Shown here: one piece after another, positions 1 through 8,621 of the stretch
Layout of the letters: every line of letters starts with the position of its first letter
Position numbering within the stretch: position 1 is the first letter of the stretch
Virus record (IMG/VR): IMGVR_UViG_3300049982_000075
Location: 1 to 61,798 of that record
Strand: one strand, 5' to 3'
From: a virus
Taxonomy: Duplodnaviria; Caudoviricetes
DNA: 61,798 nt
Program-made: the position numbers and the translations under genes
The notes under the pieces: generated by a model
Told to the model about the DNA's origin: nothing
Databases searched by the model: none
The model's input: only the letters and a program-made list of their open reading frames with translations

Positions 1-127
1 CCGCCGCACTGGCCAAGGAGATCCTGGAAAAAGGTCTCCCGAAGTCTAGACCTGAGGGCAATGGTGTGTGTAAAGTCTGCACAATCAAGAACGGGCACGC
101 GGGTTGGTGCCCTCGAGTTTCCTAGGA
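1..127. repeat. 127-bp terminal direct repeat (circular assembly overlap), copy 1
   Basis: 1-127 is identical to 61672-61798; 127 is a common assembler k-mer; ORF 61626-61796 runs through the repeat. Confidence 0.95.
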
Positions 128-135
128 GGCACTAC

Positions 136-1092
136 ATGAGCGAGCTGATCATCACCCGGGGATTGCCGGGCTCAGGCAAGACGACCTACGCCAAGCGCTG
201 GGTGGCCGGAGACGCCACGCGCCGCTCCCGGGTCAATCGGGATGACCTGCGCGAGCTCCTGCACGGCGGTCCGCACGACTACGATCGGGCGCTCGAGCAG
301 GCGGTCACCTGGGCCCATCAGGGCGCCGTTCGCACGCTGCTGATGTCCGGCCGCGACGTCATCTGCGACGACATGAACCTGCAGAACCGGCAGGTCAAGG
401 AGTGGATGAAGCTGGCGGCCGAGGTCGGCGCCGACTTCTCCGTGGTCGACTTCACCAACGTCTCGCCGGACGAGTGTGTTCGTCGAGACCGGGACCGTCG
501 CGACGCCGGCGGCCGGTACGTCGGAGCGTCCTACATCTACGAGAAGTACGACCGGTTCATCAAGGGCCGGAAGTATCCACTTCCGTTACCAGAGGCCCCT
601 GCGCGACAGCACGTCGAACCGTATGTCGCTCCGGAAGGCCAGCCGAAGGCCATCCTGATCGACATCGACGGTACGGTGGCGCTGATGAACGGCCGAGGCC
701 CGTATGACTGGCACCGAGTCGGCGAGGACAAGCCGAATCCGGCGGTGGCTCAGCTGGTCACCTGGTTATTCGAGTACAGGGACACCGCTAACGACGTCTA
801 CGCTGTCGCGGCGGGTGATGAGTTCCAGATCGTCTTCATGTCTGGCCGCGACGCGTCCTGCGCCAACGAGACGCGGGACTGGCTGAAGCAGCAGGGATGG
901 AAGGGTTTCGACCTCTTCATGCGGCCTGAGGGCGACATGCGCAAGGATTCGATCGTCAAGCTCGAGCTCTTCGACGAGCATATCCGCCACTACTACGATG
1001 TCCAGTTCGTGCTCGACGACCGGCAGCAGGTCGTCGACATGTGGCGCTCGCTCGGCCTAACCTGCCTGCAGGTCGCTCCGGGCGACTTCTGA
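136..1092 (+). CDS. pseT: Polynucleotide 5'-kinase/3'-phosphatase (T4 PseT/PNK-like)
   Basis: N-terminal P-loop GLPGSGKTT plus RDDLR; C-terminal HAD DIDGT, SGR, K, DDR motifs; AGGAGG RBS before ATG 136. Confidence 0.95.
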   Translation: MSELIITRGLPGSGKTTYAKRWVAGDATRRSRVNRDDLRELLHGGPHDYDRALEQAVTWAHQGAVRTLLMSGRDVICDDMNLQNRQVKEWMKLAAEVGADFSVVDFTNVSPDECVRRDRDRRDAGGRYVGASYIYEKYDRFIKGRKYPLPLPEAPARQHVEPYVAPEGQPKAILIDIDGTVALMNGRGPYDWHRVGEDKPNPAVAQLVTWLFEYRDTANDVYAVAAGDEFQIVFMSGRDASCANETRDWLKQQGWKGFDLFMRPEGDMRKDSIVKLELFDEHIRHYYDVQFVLDDRQQVVDMWRSLGLTCLQVAPGDF

Positions 1093-1146
1093 CAACCTGG
1101 ACTACCAGCCGGTACTAATCCAGGTTACGATTACGAGGAGGTAACA

Positions 1147-1356
1147 GTGGCAGACAACGAGATGGAGCGCCGTCGCAAGCAGCGCGCTCGCGAAGAGGCG
1201 GCCATCAAGAAGCTCCGACAGAAGGCAGCCAAAGAGAAAGCGGCCAAGGAGAAGAAGCAGCGCCGGGAAGTCATGAAGGCATACAGGGCCGGCCAGAAGG
1301 CCGAGAAGGAGCGCCGAGAGAAGGCAGCGAAGCTTCGCCGGAACCAGGGCAAGTAG
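1147..1356 (+). CDS. Small basic coiled-coil hypothetical protein
   Basis: GAGGAGG RBS, GTG start, K/R/E-rich. Confidence 0.7.
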   Translation: MADNEMERRRKQRAREEAAIKKLRQKAAKEKAAKEKKQRREVMKAYRAGQKAEKERREKAAKLRRNQGK

Positions 1357-1367
1357 CTCAACATGTG

Positions 1368-1395
1368 GACGGGGTCTTCCCAGGAAGGCCCCGTC
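1368..1395 (+). terminator. GC-rich hairpin, possible terminator
   Basis: GACGGGGTCTTCC / GGAAGGCCCCGTC inverted repeat. Confidence 0.5.
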
Positions 1396-1437
1396 TGCTG
1401 TACGTTTAAACGCATCCACCTACGAGAGGAGACCCAG

Positions 1438-2127
1438 ATGTCGAAAACCCGCGAGGACTGGCTGAACGAGGCCGTCAACCACATCGGCCTGCTGTACGCC
1501 AAGACCAAGGAGAACGGCGAGCCCGTCTCGGTGCCGGACGTCCGGATCAGCGTCGGCTTCGGATCGCATGGAGCACGCTCGGCCGTCGGCTGGTGCTTCC
1601 CGAGCAAGGCGTCCGAGGACGGCATCCACCAGATCTACATCAGCCCGGTCCGGGGGCCGCGCGACGTGATCCCGATCCTGTGCACGATCATCCACGAGCT
1701 CGCCCACGCGATCGACGACTGCGAATCGAAGCACGCCGGCCGGTTCCGGAAGCTGGTCAGCCAGATGGGCCTCCAGGCTCCGTACACCAAGTCGAACCCG
1801 AGCGACGGCCTGATCGAGATCCTGAAGCCGATCGCTGACCAGCTCGGCCCGTACCCGCACTCCGAGATCATGATGACGGAGACGAAGAAGAAGCAGACCA
1901 CGCGGATGCTGAAGCTGGACTGCAAGGCGATCGTCGGCAGGTCCGACGTGCTGGATGGTGTAGATCCGGCGATCGAAGAGGAGTTCGCCGGACGTGTCGG
2001 CGAGACCTGCGGCTACCAGGTCCGCACCTCGAAGAAGTGGATCTCGGTCGGCCTGCCCAACTGCCCGGTCCACGGCGTCGAGCTCGTCTCCGAGGACACG
2101 GTGGATGACGAGGTGAAGGAAACATGA
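1438..2127 (+). CDS. SprT-like zinc metalloprotease domain protein
   Basis: IIHELAHAID (HExxH) followed by H-x-G-x-F, C-terminal Cys cluster (CGY..., CPVH); GAGGAG RBS. Confidence 0.75.
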   Translation: MSKTREDWLNEAVNHIGLLYAKTKENGEPVSVPDVRISVGFGSHGARSAVGWCFPSKASEDGIHQIYISPVRGPRDVIPILCTIIHELAHAIDDCESKHAGRFRKLVSQMGLQAPYTKSNPSDGLIEILKPIADQLGPYPHSEIMMTETKKKQTTRMLKLDCKAIVGRSDVLDGVDPAIEEEFAGRVGETCGYQVRTSKKWISVGLPNCPVHGVELVSEDTVDDEVKET

Positions 2128-2333
2128 TCGCGCAACAGGTTGTCGCCGTGATCACCGACCTGCTTGCATTCTGGCCCGCCGCCGCGCTACTGGCAGCCGG
2201 CTGGTTTGCACGCGACGCACTGTGCCGCTACCGTGAGTACCAGCAGAACCGGAGGTATAGCCATGGTCATTCAGGTCTTCTTCGCCAAGCGCGGCCGCGA
2301 AAGACGCGCTCGAACGTTCGACGTCATCGCTGA
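2124..2333 (+). CDS. Small membrane protein
   Basis: N-terminal hydrophobic helix; ATGA overlap with upstream gene. Confidence 0.5.
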   Translation: MIAQQVVAVITDLLAFWPAAALLAAGWFARDALCRYREYQQNRRYSHGHSGLLRQARPRKTRSNVRRHR

Positions 2334-2505
2334 AAACTGCGACCGGATCACCGACATGTACCGAATGCTCTTGAGCGGATACGCAAATGGCAATCCGGTC
2401 AGCGCGGAACACTGGGAGCGAACGGAGGCTCGATACGACGAGGTGTTCGTCGCTGGCCAGAAGGCCTGCCTGACAGCCGCGAGGATCCGCAGTGGCTTGG
2501 AGTGA
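2263..2505 (+). CDS. Hypothetical protein
   Basis: GGAGG RBS before ATG 2263. Confidence 0.55.
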   Translation: MVIQVFFAKRGRERRARTFDVIAENCDRITDMYRMLLSGYANGNPVSAEHWERTEARYDEVFVAGQKACLTAARIRSGLE

Positions 2506-2815
2506 TGGAGAAGGTCGCCAGCTCCCGCCAGACTGGTTCAAGACCGTCTCGATCGTCAAGGCGAGGGCCAAGAAGTCCTCGCCGCTCGGCATCCAGCAGT
2601 GCGAGAAACGGTTGCCGAGCGGGAAGCGATGCCCTCGATACGGCACCGATGTCGACCACAAGTACGACCGCGACGACCACCGGCCGTATCGGCTCCAGTT
2701 GCTCTGTCCGGACCATCACAAGGCCAAGACGGCACAGGAAGCCCGCCAGGGGCGCGCACGGCCGAAGAAGCGGATCGACCCGAGAGACGAGCACCCAGGC
2801 CATCGCTTGGGGTAG
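2492..2815 (+). CDS. HNH endonuclease
   Basis: LPPDW...CE...RC...DVDH...DDH...LQLLCPDHHKAKT, typical actinophage packaging-associated HNH. Confidence 0.88.
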   Translation: MAWSDGEGRQLPPDWFKTVSIVKARAKKSSPLGIQQCEKRLPSGKRCPRYGTDVDHKYDRDDHRPYRLQLLCPDHHKAKTAQEARQGRARPKKRIDPRDEHPGHRLG

Positions 2816-2859
2816 CCTGGGAGGGACATGTACCCCTCTCTGTTCCAAGGAGGCCGCTC

Positions 2860-3396
2860 GTGGCCATCGTTCTGACTCAAGAGGTCAACGGCCAGGCCGT
2901 CGGCGCCACCTACAACGGCGACGCTGCGCTGGTCCCCTGGCTGATCGCCGAAGGCTACGCACTGGACACCTCCAACGTGCGTGACCACACCGACGACACT
3001 GCCGTGACCCCCGCCCAGGACCCGCTACTGGCCAGCAACCGAGAAGAGCCGAACGGCACTCAGGGCTGGGCGGCCGCCAACGGAGTGCAGGGCGACAGCC
3101 GGACCTTCCAGTTCGGTGCGGACGGGACCGTGCAGAAGCCGCAGGTCTACCAGATCACCCCCAACAAGGGCGTCGCGGCCGGCGGTACGGCGCTCGTCAT
3201 CAAGGGCGACAACTTCACTGGCGTGACTGCTGTCACGATCGGCGCCGTCGCGACCACGGCCTTCTCGGTCGTGAACGACAAGGAGATCCACTGCACCACC
3301 GGGGCTCACGCTGCCGGACCGGTGAACGTGGTGCTCGACAAGACCGGCACCGCGAACGACGTCACGGTGACCAACGGCTTCACCTACACGGCCTGA
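2860..3396 (+). CDS. IPT/TIG (Ig-like) domain protein, possible virion decoration
   Basis: C-terminal ITPNKGVAAGGTALVIKGDNFTGVTAVTIG...FTY IPT signature; AGGAGG RBS. Confidence 0.8.
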   Translation: MAIVLTQEVNGQAVGATYNGDAALVPWLIAEGYALDTSNVRDHTDDTAVTPAQDPLLASNREEPNGTQGWAAANGVQGDSRTFQFGADGTVQKPQVYQITPNKGVAAGGTALVIKGDNFTGVTAVTIGAVATTAFSVVNDKEIHCTTGAHAAGPVNVVLDKTGTANDVTVTNGFTYTA

Positions 3397-3426
3397 TCCG
3401 GCCACCGAGACCAAGGAGAAACAATC

Positions 3427-3861
3427 GTGGCTGACACCCCCTACACCCGTCCCGCTCAGGTAGCGCGTACCTACGGCCCCTCGCCGTCCCTGTCCAAGCA
3501 GGCGACGCCCGGCGACGCCGACTTCGTCGACCCCTACCGGAGCTCGAACTCCGTCCTGGGTCGCAACGAGGCTGGCCCGAGCACCCGCCCGGCCGACTAC
3601 GCCCCGCTTCCCCGCGTGGACAAGGTGACCCCGAGCACCGGGCTGGCTGCGGCCGGCTCGACCGTCGTGGTCCTGCAGGGCCGCTTCCTCACCGGAGCGA
3701 CCAGCGTGACCTTCGGCGGCACGGCGGGCACCGCGCTCACCGTGATCGACGACACGACCATCCGGGTCACCACTCCGGCCAAGGCCGCTGGCACCTACCC
3801 GGTGGCCGTCGTGACCCCGAACGGCACCTCCACGACCACGAAGAACGCTACGTTCGTGTGA
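3427..3861 (+). CDS. IPT/TIG (Ig-like) domain protein
   Basis: VTPSTGLAAAGSTVVVLQGRFLTGATSVTFGG...VTTPAKAAGTYPVAVVTPNGTS. Confidence 0.82.
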   Translation: MADTPYTRPAQVARTYGPSPSLSKQATPGDADFVDPYRSSNSVLGRNEAGPSTRPADYAPLPRVDKVTPSTGLAAAGSTVVVLQGRFLTGATSVTFGGTAGTALTVIDDTTIRVTTPAKAAGTYPVAVVTPNGTSTTTKNATFV

Positions 3862-3890
3862 TCCCCCGCTGACCGCTCTGGTCAGCTCCG

Positions 3891-3924
3891 GCGCCCCCTC
3901 CGCTCCAGGAGGGGGCGCTTCTTT
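3891..3924 (+). terminator. Intrinsic terminator
   Basis: GCGCCCCCTCC/GGAGGGGGCGC stem followed by TTCTTT. Confidence 0.8.
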
Positions 3925-3934
3925 GCGCAGCGGG

Positions 3935-3980
3935 ATGTCGTCGTACGACAACATTTGTAAATGTGTTCGAACGACAACAT
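3935..3980. promoter_or_regulatory. Two tandem 20-bp imperfect palindromes (putative operators)
   Basis: ATGTCGTCGTACGACAACAT (3935-3954) and ATGTGTTCGAACGACAACAT (3961-3980). Confidence 0.6.
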
Positions 3981-4001
3981 GTCCACCAGATGAGACGGGG
4001 T

Positions 4002-4031
4002 TTGACGTAGTAGCCGGACAAGGCATAGTCT
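4002..4031 (+). promoter_or_regulatory. SigA-like promoter
   Basis: TTGACG-N18-TAGTCT. Confidence 0.65.
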
Positions 4032-4070
4032 CTTCCTCGTGAGCAAGACCCACTGACGAGAGGAGACCCG

Positions 4071-4286
4071 ATGGCGGTCACCACCCTTCCGAGTTGCTGC
4101 TCGTTCCGCAAGATCAAGGCTGGCCAGGCATGGGGTGAGTACAAGGACTACGTCCGGCGACTCTCCAAGCACCAGACGCTGACTTCCGAACAGCAGAAGC
4201 GGATGACGTCGCTGAAGGAGATCGCCCGCACCGAGCGAGAGGCCTTCCGCGAACACTGCGCCGACGAGAGCCTGGAGCACAGGTGA
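4071..4286 (+). CDS. Hypothetical protein
   Basis: GAGGAG RBS; first gene after promoter. Confidence 0.7.
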   Translation: MAVTTLPSCCSFRKIKAGQAWGEYKDYVRRLSKHQTLTSEQQKRMTSLKEIARTEREAFREHCADESLEHR

Positions 4287-4513
4287 CGAAGTTCCCGTCG
4301 ACCTGGGAGGACGTCCAGCCCGGGTACTACATCGAGGATAAGACCGGCCGGCTCTGGCGGGTCACCGAGTTCGAGCCGGACGCCGTCCACATGGTCAGCG
4401 GTGAGAAGATCGGGAAGATCCCGCTCCCGCCCGCCCTGACCTCCGTCACCATCGTCGTACTGAGCACCGAGGAGCTTCTACAGCAGGAGCTCGAAGCCAA
4501 GGAGGTCAAATGA
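4283..4513 (+). CDS. Hypothetical protein
   Basis: GTGA translational coupling. Confidence 0.7.
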   Translation: MTKFPSTWEDVQPGYYIEDKTGRLWRVTEFEPDAVHMVSGEKIGKIPLPPALTSVTIVVLSTEELLQQELEAKEVK

Positions 4514-4845
4514 CCGAAAAACAGGAACCCGAGAAGCCGCTGACGCCGGAGCAGGAGGCCATGGTGGGCCAGTTCGTCCACCAGCTGAACGCCGAGACCG
4601 GAGAGGTCGTCAAGATGGTTATTACACCGGTCGGCCCGGTCCGGATCACGGCCGAGGACGATGCCAAGATCCGCGCGGCTGCTGTCGACAAGACGATCGA
4701 ACTGATCCGGCAAGAGGAGAAGCCCAAGCCGTCGCTGACCAGTAGAGTCGTTTCGGTCATCGGAGGCATCTCCTTCGGGGTCGTGGTACTGTCCAGCGCT
4801 GTGTACTTCGTCTACAAGGTCATCGAAGCGATCAGCGGCCACTGA
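4510..4845 (+). CDS. Membrane protein (C-terminal TM helix)
   Basis: GGAGG RBS; hydrophobic C-terminus. Confidence 0.7.
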   Translation: MTEKQEPEKPLTPEQEAMVGQFVHQLNAETGEVVKMVITPVGPVRITAEDDAKIRAAAVDKTIELIRQEEKPKPSLTSRVVSVIGGISFGVVVLSSAVYFVYKVIEAISGH

Positions 4846-4902
4846 CCTGGGCTTCATAAGCCCCGACTTACATACCCAGTTCAACCATCTGGAGGTAACA
4901 CC

Positions 4903-5475
4903 GTGTTCAACATTTTCGACAAGCTGACCGGCACCGAGGACATCCCGGCGCCCGGGACCGAACCGACATACGACGAGAACGGCATCATGACCGACCCGGG
5001 CAACCCCTGGATCGGCTGGCCGGACCCGAGCAACCCGCGCCGTACCATCCCGGCGAGCGGGGCCCAGCGTCGCCGGGTCACCCGTGCGGAGGGTCGTCGT
5101 CAGGCTGCCCAGCAGCGAGTCGGCCAGCGCGCCTACGACCGGGGAGCGGCCGCGATTCAGCGCAATGAGGCCCAGGCTCGTCAGCGTCGCCGGATCCTGA
5201 CCGGTGAGCTGCAGGTCTCGCCCGGCCTGCTGGCCAACGTCGTCGTCGACCAGACCCGCCGGAACAAGCTCGGTGACCCCGAGATCGCGGCCGCCCGCGC
5301 CGACGACCACCGCGAGGACCTCCACGAGGCGCGGCTCGACCGCGCCGAGGAGCGCCGGATCCGCCGCTTCAAGGACGGCCGCCCGCGCGGCAAGGACCTC
5401 CGCGAGGCCACCTTCAAGCAGTTCAGCCACTACCTGCCAGCGTCGTACTGGCAGAACGGAGCGCAGTCCAAGTGA
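4903..5475 (+). CDS. Arg-rich hypothetical protein
   Basis: GGAGG RBS, GTG start. Confidence 0.7.
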   Translation: MFNIFDKLTGTEDIPAPGTEPTYDENGIMTDPGNPWIGWPDPSNPRRTIPASGAQRRRVTRAEGRRQAAQQRVGQRAYDRGAAAIQRNEAQARQRRRILTGELQVSPGLLANVVVDQTRRNKLGDPEIAAARADDHREDLHEARLDRAEERRIRRFKDGRPRGKDLREATFKQFSHYLPASYWQNGAQSK

Positions 5476-5654
5476 TCAACTGGCTCGACAACCTGACCAT
5501 CCTGCAGTTCATCGTCTTCGTCGTGGTGAGCTTCCTCTGGCTGATCCAGCTAGCCCTCCTGGGACGCCTGGTCACCAAGGGTGCCCCCGCCAGTTTGATC
5601 ACCGGGATCCTGGCAGCGGTCGGCACAATCGTACTCTTCGCCTGGACGCGCTAG
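5472..5654 (+). CDS. Two-TM small membrane protein
   Basis: two hydrophobic helices; coupled start. Confidence 0.65.
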   Translation: MINWLDNLTILQFIVFVVVSFLWLIQLALLGRLVTKGAPASLITGILAAVGTIVLFAWTR

Positions 5655-5732
5655 TCCAGATCGTGGACACCCCCTGGTCACGGGGCCAGGGGGTGTCCTA
5701 ATGTTGGGGACATCGAGACAGAGGAGGTAGGC

Positions 5733-6212
5733 ATGGGTTACGAGTATGTTCCGACCACGATCATGGTGCGCCAAGAGATCACTCTCCCGACGATCGGTCG
5801 CTGCACCGGTGGTTGCGGTCGACGGATCGTCCCGGCCAGTCAGTGGCGAGGGATCCACAAGTCCGTCCGCGCCCAGATCAAGAAGGAGTTCACTTCCGAG
5901 AGGAGCCGGGGTGCCTGTGCTAGCTGTTACTCCAAACTGAACAAAGCCGGCGACCACATTGACCTGCCTAGCCGGAAAATCTCCGACGAGATCTTCGCCG
6001 AGGAGTACAACCTACTGCGCCAGCAGGCAATGACGGACTACAACATCCGGATCTCACTCGGCATGACAGGGGCCGCATTCGAGAAGGCGATCCAGCGCGG
6101 CAAGGCTGCTGGCCGGATCGAAGTCGGCCGATCCAAGGCTTCGCCCGGCCTTATGATCGCTGGCCACTACCACGGCGGGAAACTGCAATCGACACGAGGA
6201 GTTAACGGGTGA
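5733..6212 (+). CDS. Putative Zn-finger/HTH DNA-binding protein
   Basis: CTGGC and CASC motifs, C-terminal HTH-like segment; GAGGAGG RBS. Confidence 0.5.
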   Translation: MGYEYVPTTIMVRQEITLPTIGRCTGGCGRRIVPASQWRGIHKSVRAQIKKEFTSERSRGACASCYSKLNKAGDHIDLPSRKISDEIFAEEYNLLRQQAMTDYNIRISLGMTGAAFEKAIQRGKAAGRIEVGRSKASPGLMIAGHYHGGKLQSTRGVNG

Positions 6213-7255
6213 CCACAGGATTCTTCGAGGAAGCCCTCGCCGAAGAGGGCATTCTCGAGCGCGACAAGCAGGACCGCCCGCTCATCAAGCAGGAGCAGGG
6301 CGGCATCAAGGCCTACTCCAGAGCCAGCCAGCTCGGCGATTACCTGACCGACCAGGCGTTCCTCGAGGAGTGGCATATGTGCAACCTCGCGGTCGCGCTC
6401 GGCCGCCGCCGGGATCTCGCCGACCTCTGTGCCGTCGAGCCGTACACCACCGGCTTCAACGAGCCGGCCGCTCCGATCAAGTCGGCGTCCAAGAAGCGGC
6501 TCCTGGGCTACATCGAGCGCGCTCTGGACCACGTGGCGATCGACGAGCGGGCCGACCGAGGCACCGTCGTGCACCACGTCACCGAGATGGGCTACGAGGG
6601 TTACGTTCCTCACACCGTGATCCGGGAGCGCGCCGCCTTCGCTGCCTGCCTGGCCAAGAACAGAATCGTCCGGCTGGGCTCCGAGATGTTCACCTGCAAC
6701 GACGAGCTGCGCGTGGCCGGGACCTTCGACCATCTGATGTGGTCCGAAAAGCTCGGCATCTTCATCGGAGACACCAAGAACGGCCGGAACAGCAACAACC
6801 TGGGCTTCTCGATCCAGTTCGCCAACTACGCCAACAGCGTCCTGTACTGGCCGAACGGCGCCCGAATGAGCCTGGAGGACTACGTCGCCAGCCGGTTCCC
6901 GGAGATCTGGGCCAAGACCGGCAAGATCAACCGCGACGTCGCGATCCTGTTCTCAGTCAAGGACGGCGAGTGCAAGACCAAGGACGTCGACATCGCCTGG
7001 GGCTACGAGATGGCCAAGCTGGCAGCCTCCGTCCGGGACGCGCGCGACGCCGAGTCCGGCCGGGTCAAGATGAGCAAGACCGTGCTCAAGGTCGCGGGCA
7101 AGGAGGCCGAGAAGACTATAGAGCCAGCTCTGCTGGAGTGGATCTCGACCTGCAACTCGGTCGAGATGCTCCGCGTCCTGTGGCGCGAGTACAAGGACTA
7201 CTGGACCCCGCAGCTGACCAACGCTGCGACCGAGCGAGCGGAGGAGCTGAAGTGA
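6209..7255 (+). CDS. PD-(D/E)XK (Cas4/RecB-like) exonuclease-family protein
   Basis: RGTVVH...E...AGTFDH...IGDTKNG...Q...YA motif series. Confidence 0.75.
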   Translation: MTTGFFEEALAEEGILERDKQDRPLIKQEQGGIKAYSRASQLGDYLTDQAFLEEWHMCNLAVALGRRRDLADLCAVEPYTTGFNEPAAPIKSASKKRLLGYIERALDHVAIDERADRGTVVHHVTEMGYEGYVPHTVIRERAAFAACLAKNRIVRLGSEMFTCNDELRVAGTFDHLMWSEKLGIFIGDTKNGRNSNNLGFSIQFANYANSVLYWPNGARMSLEDYVASRFPEIWAKTGKINRDVAILFSVKDGECKTKDVDIAWGYEMAKLAASVRDARDAESGRVKMSKTVLKVAGKEAEKTIEPALLEWISTCNSVEMLRVLWREYKDYWTPQLTNAATERAEELK

Positions 7256-7416
7256 GCGACAACTACCAAAAAGTAGCCGAACGGATACTCCGCGAGGCGA
7301 TCGAGAACATCGAGTACCTGACCATCGTCGAGAACGCCGACGACGGTATGGACGAGGACGAGCTTGAGCAGCTGGTCCGAGGAGCGAACATCCAGATCTC
7401 CTGGGGGTCATCGTGA
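7252..7416 (+). CDS. Small acidic hypothetical protein
   Basis: GGAG RBS, GTGA overlaps at both ends. Confidence 0.6.
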   Translation: MSDNYQKVAERILREAIENIEYLTIVENADDGMDEDELEQLVRGANIQISWGSS

Positions 7417-8024
7417 AGACGTTCAAGGTCGGCTTCGACATCGACGACGTCCTGTTTCCCTGGTACGCCCGCGCTCACGAGGCCTGCGTCGAGGCCGGCA
7501 TCACCAACGGGGTGACGCCGGTCAGCTGGCGCCCGTACGAGGAGTACGGCTGCACCAAGGAGGACTGGCTGGAGGCGCTCGACGTAGTTACGCTGAAGGG
7601 GAACCTCTACCTGAAGCATGGACCTGACGAGGATGCCCTACGGGCGCTTCGGTCGCTGCTGTTCGACGGGCACGAGATCCACCTGATCACAGCGCGCGGC
7701 TTCATCGGCCACAGCCGGCTCATCAGCGGCCACACCGTGCGCTGGCTGGAGCAGTACGCCGTGCCGTACAAGACCTTGTCGTTTACACGCCAGAAGGGAC
7801 TCCGAGCCAAGCAGCTCGGCCTCAACTTTTTCCTGGACGACAACGGCGACAACTTTCGTGACGTCGCCCGGGTCCTGCGGCCGGATTTGAGCACGGGCGA
7901 GTATCGCTCGTTCCTTCTCGATCGACCGTGGAACCAGGATGTTGCCACATTCCCCCAGGAGCGAGTAAGCTCCGTCCAGCAGTACGTCGACTACATCAAG
8001 GAGGCAGTCAACCATGACAGCTGA
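7413..8024 (+). CDS. HAD-family 5'(3')-deoxyribonucleotidase-like protein
   Basis: GFDIDDVL, ITAR, K, LDDN, DRPWN motifs. Confidence 0.82.
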   Translation: MKTFKVGFDIDDVLFPWYARAHEACVEAGITNGVTPVSWRPYEEYGCTKEDWLEALDVVTLKGNLYLKHGPDEDALRALRSLLFDGHEIHLITARGFIGHSRLISGHTVRWLEQYAVPYKTLSFTRQKGLRAKQLGLNFFLDDNGDNFRDVARVLRPDLSTGEYRSFLLDRPWNQDVATFPQERVSSVQQYVDYIKEAVNHDS

Positions 8025-8382
8025 ACGACCGATCGACGTCATCATCGAGGAAGCCACGGTGACCAACTTCGAGGTCTCACCGGACGACCACGGGACCATC
8101 ACGCAGAACGGCGACACCTACACCGCCGAAGCCGCCGTCGAGCTCGAGATCCTCGAGGACGACCGGACGCGGACCACGGTGAAGCTCGGCGACGCCGAGC
8201 TCTCGCTCACCTACGACCGCGAGGACGAGGAGTCGGCCGAGCGTGCCGCAGTGCTCCTGGCCAGCGCCGGCTCGATCATCACGCAGGCCGAGGAGGCGTT
8301 CGACTCCCTGCCCGAAAACCAGGACGGCGACCCGTCGGCCGACTCCGAAGGCTGGGCCGCAGCCGAGGCGGCCGGAGCATGA
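8014..8382 (+). CDS. Highly acidic hypothetical protein
   Basis: GGAGG RBS; D/E-rich. Confidence 0.7.
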   Translation: MTAERPIDVIIEEATVTNFEVSPDDHGTITQNGDTYTAEAAVELEILEDDRTRTTVKLGDAELSLTYDREDEESAERAAVLLASAGSIITQAEEAFDSLPENQDGDPSADSEGWAAAEAAGA

Positions 8383-8621
8383 CCAAGATCTGGCAGCAGA
8401 AGTCGGAGATCGGGCGAGGTTGGTGGGCTGCCGCTGGCCGACCCGTGAACTGGAGGACCCTCCCCTGGCTGTTCCGGAAGCGGGGACAGTTCGTTGAGGT
8501 CAGCTTTCTCCGGCTATTCGGAGTCGGCGTCGACTGGGGCTCCGGCCTCTTCGTCTCCGTCGGAGCACCTGGAATTGGACATGCTGGATTCGGATGGCAC
8601 AGGGGGTACGGAGATGTCTGA
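8379..8621 (+). CDS. Hypothetical protein
   Basis: coupled ORF filling the operon gap. Confidence 0.55.
   Translation: MTKIWQQKSEIGRGWWAAAGRPVNWRTLPWLFRKRGQFVEVSFLRLFGVGVDWGSGLFVSVGAPGIGHAGFGWHRGYGDV

Noticed and set aside
1-127. Terminal direct repeat as a biological DTR
   Set aside because: Exactly 127 bp (typical k-mer), falls inside an ORF, and a better cos candidate exists at about 44641
3955-3970. LexA SOS box
   Set aside because: Only the GTTCGA half matches; three mismatches in the other half; better explained by the 20-bp tandem palindromes
6209-7255. CRISPR-associated Cas4
   Set aside because: Stand-alone phage PD-(D/E)XK exonuclease without the four-Cys cluster or any CRISPR context
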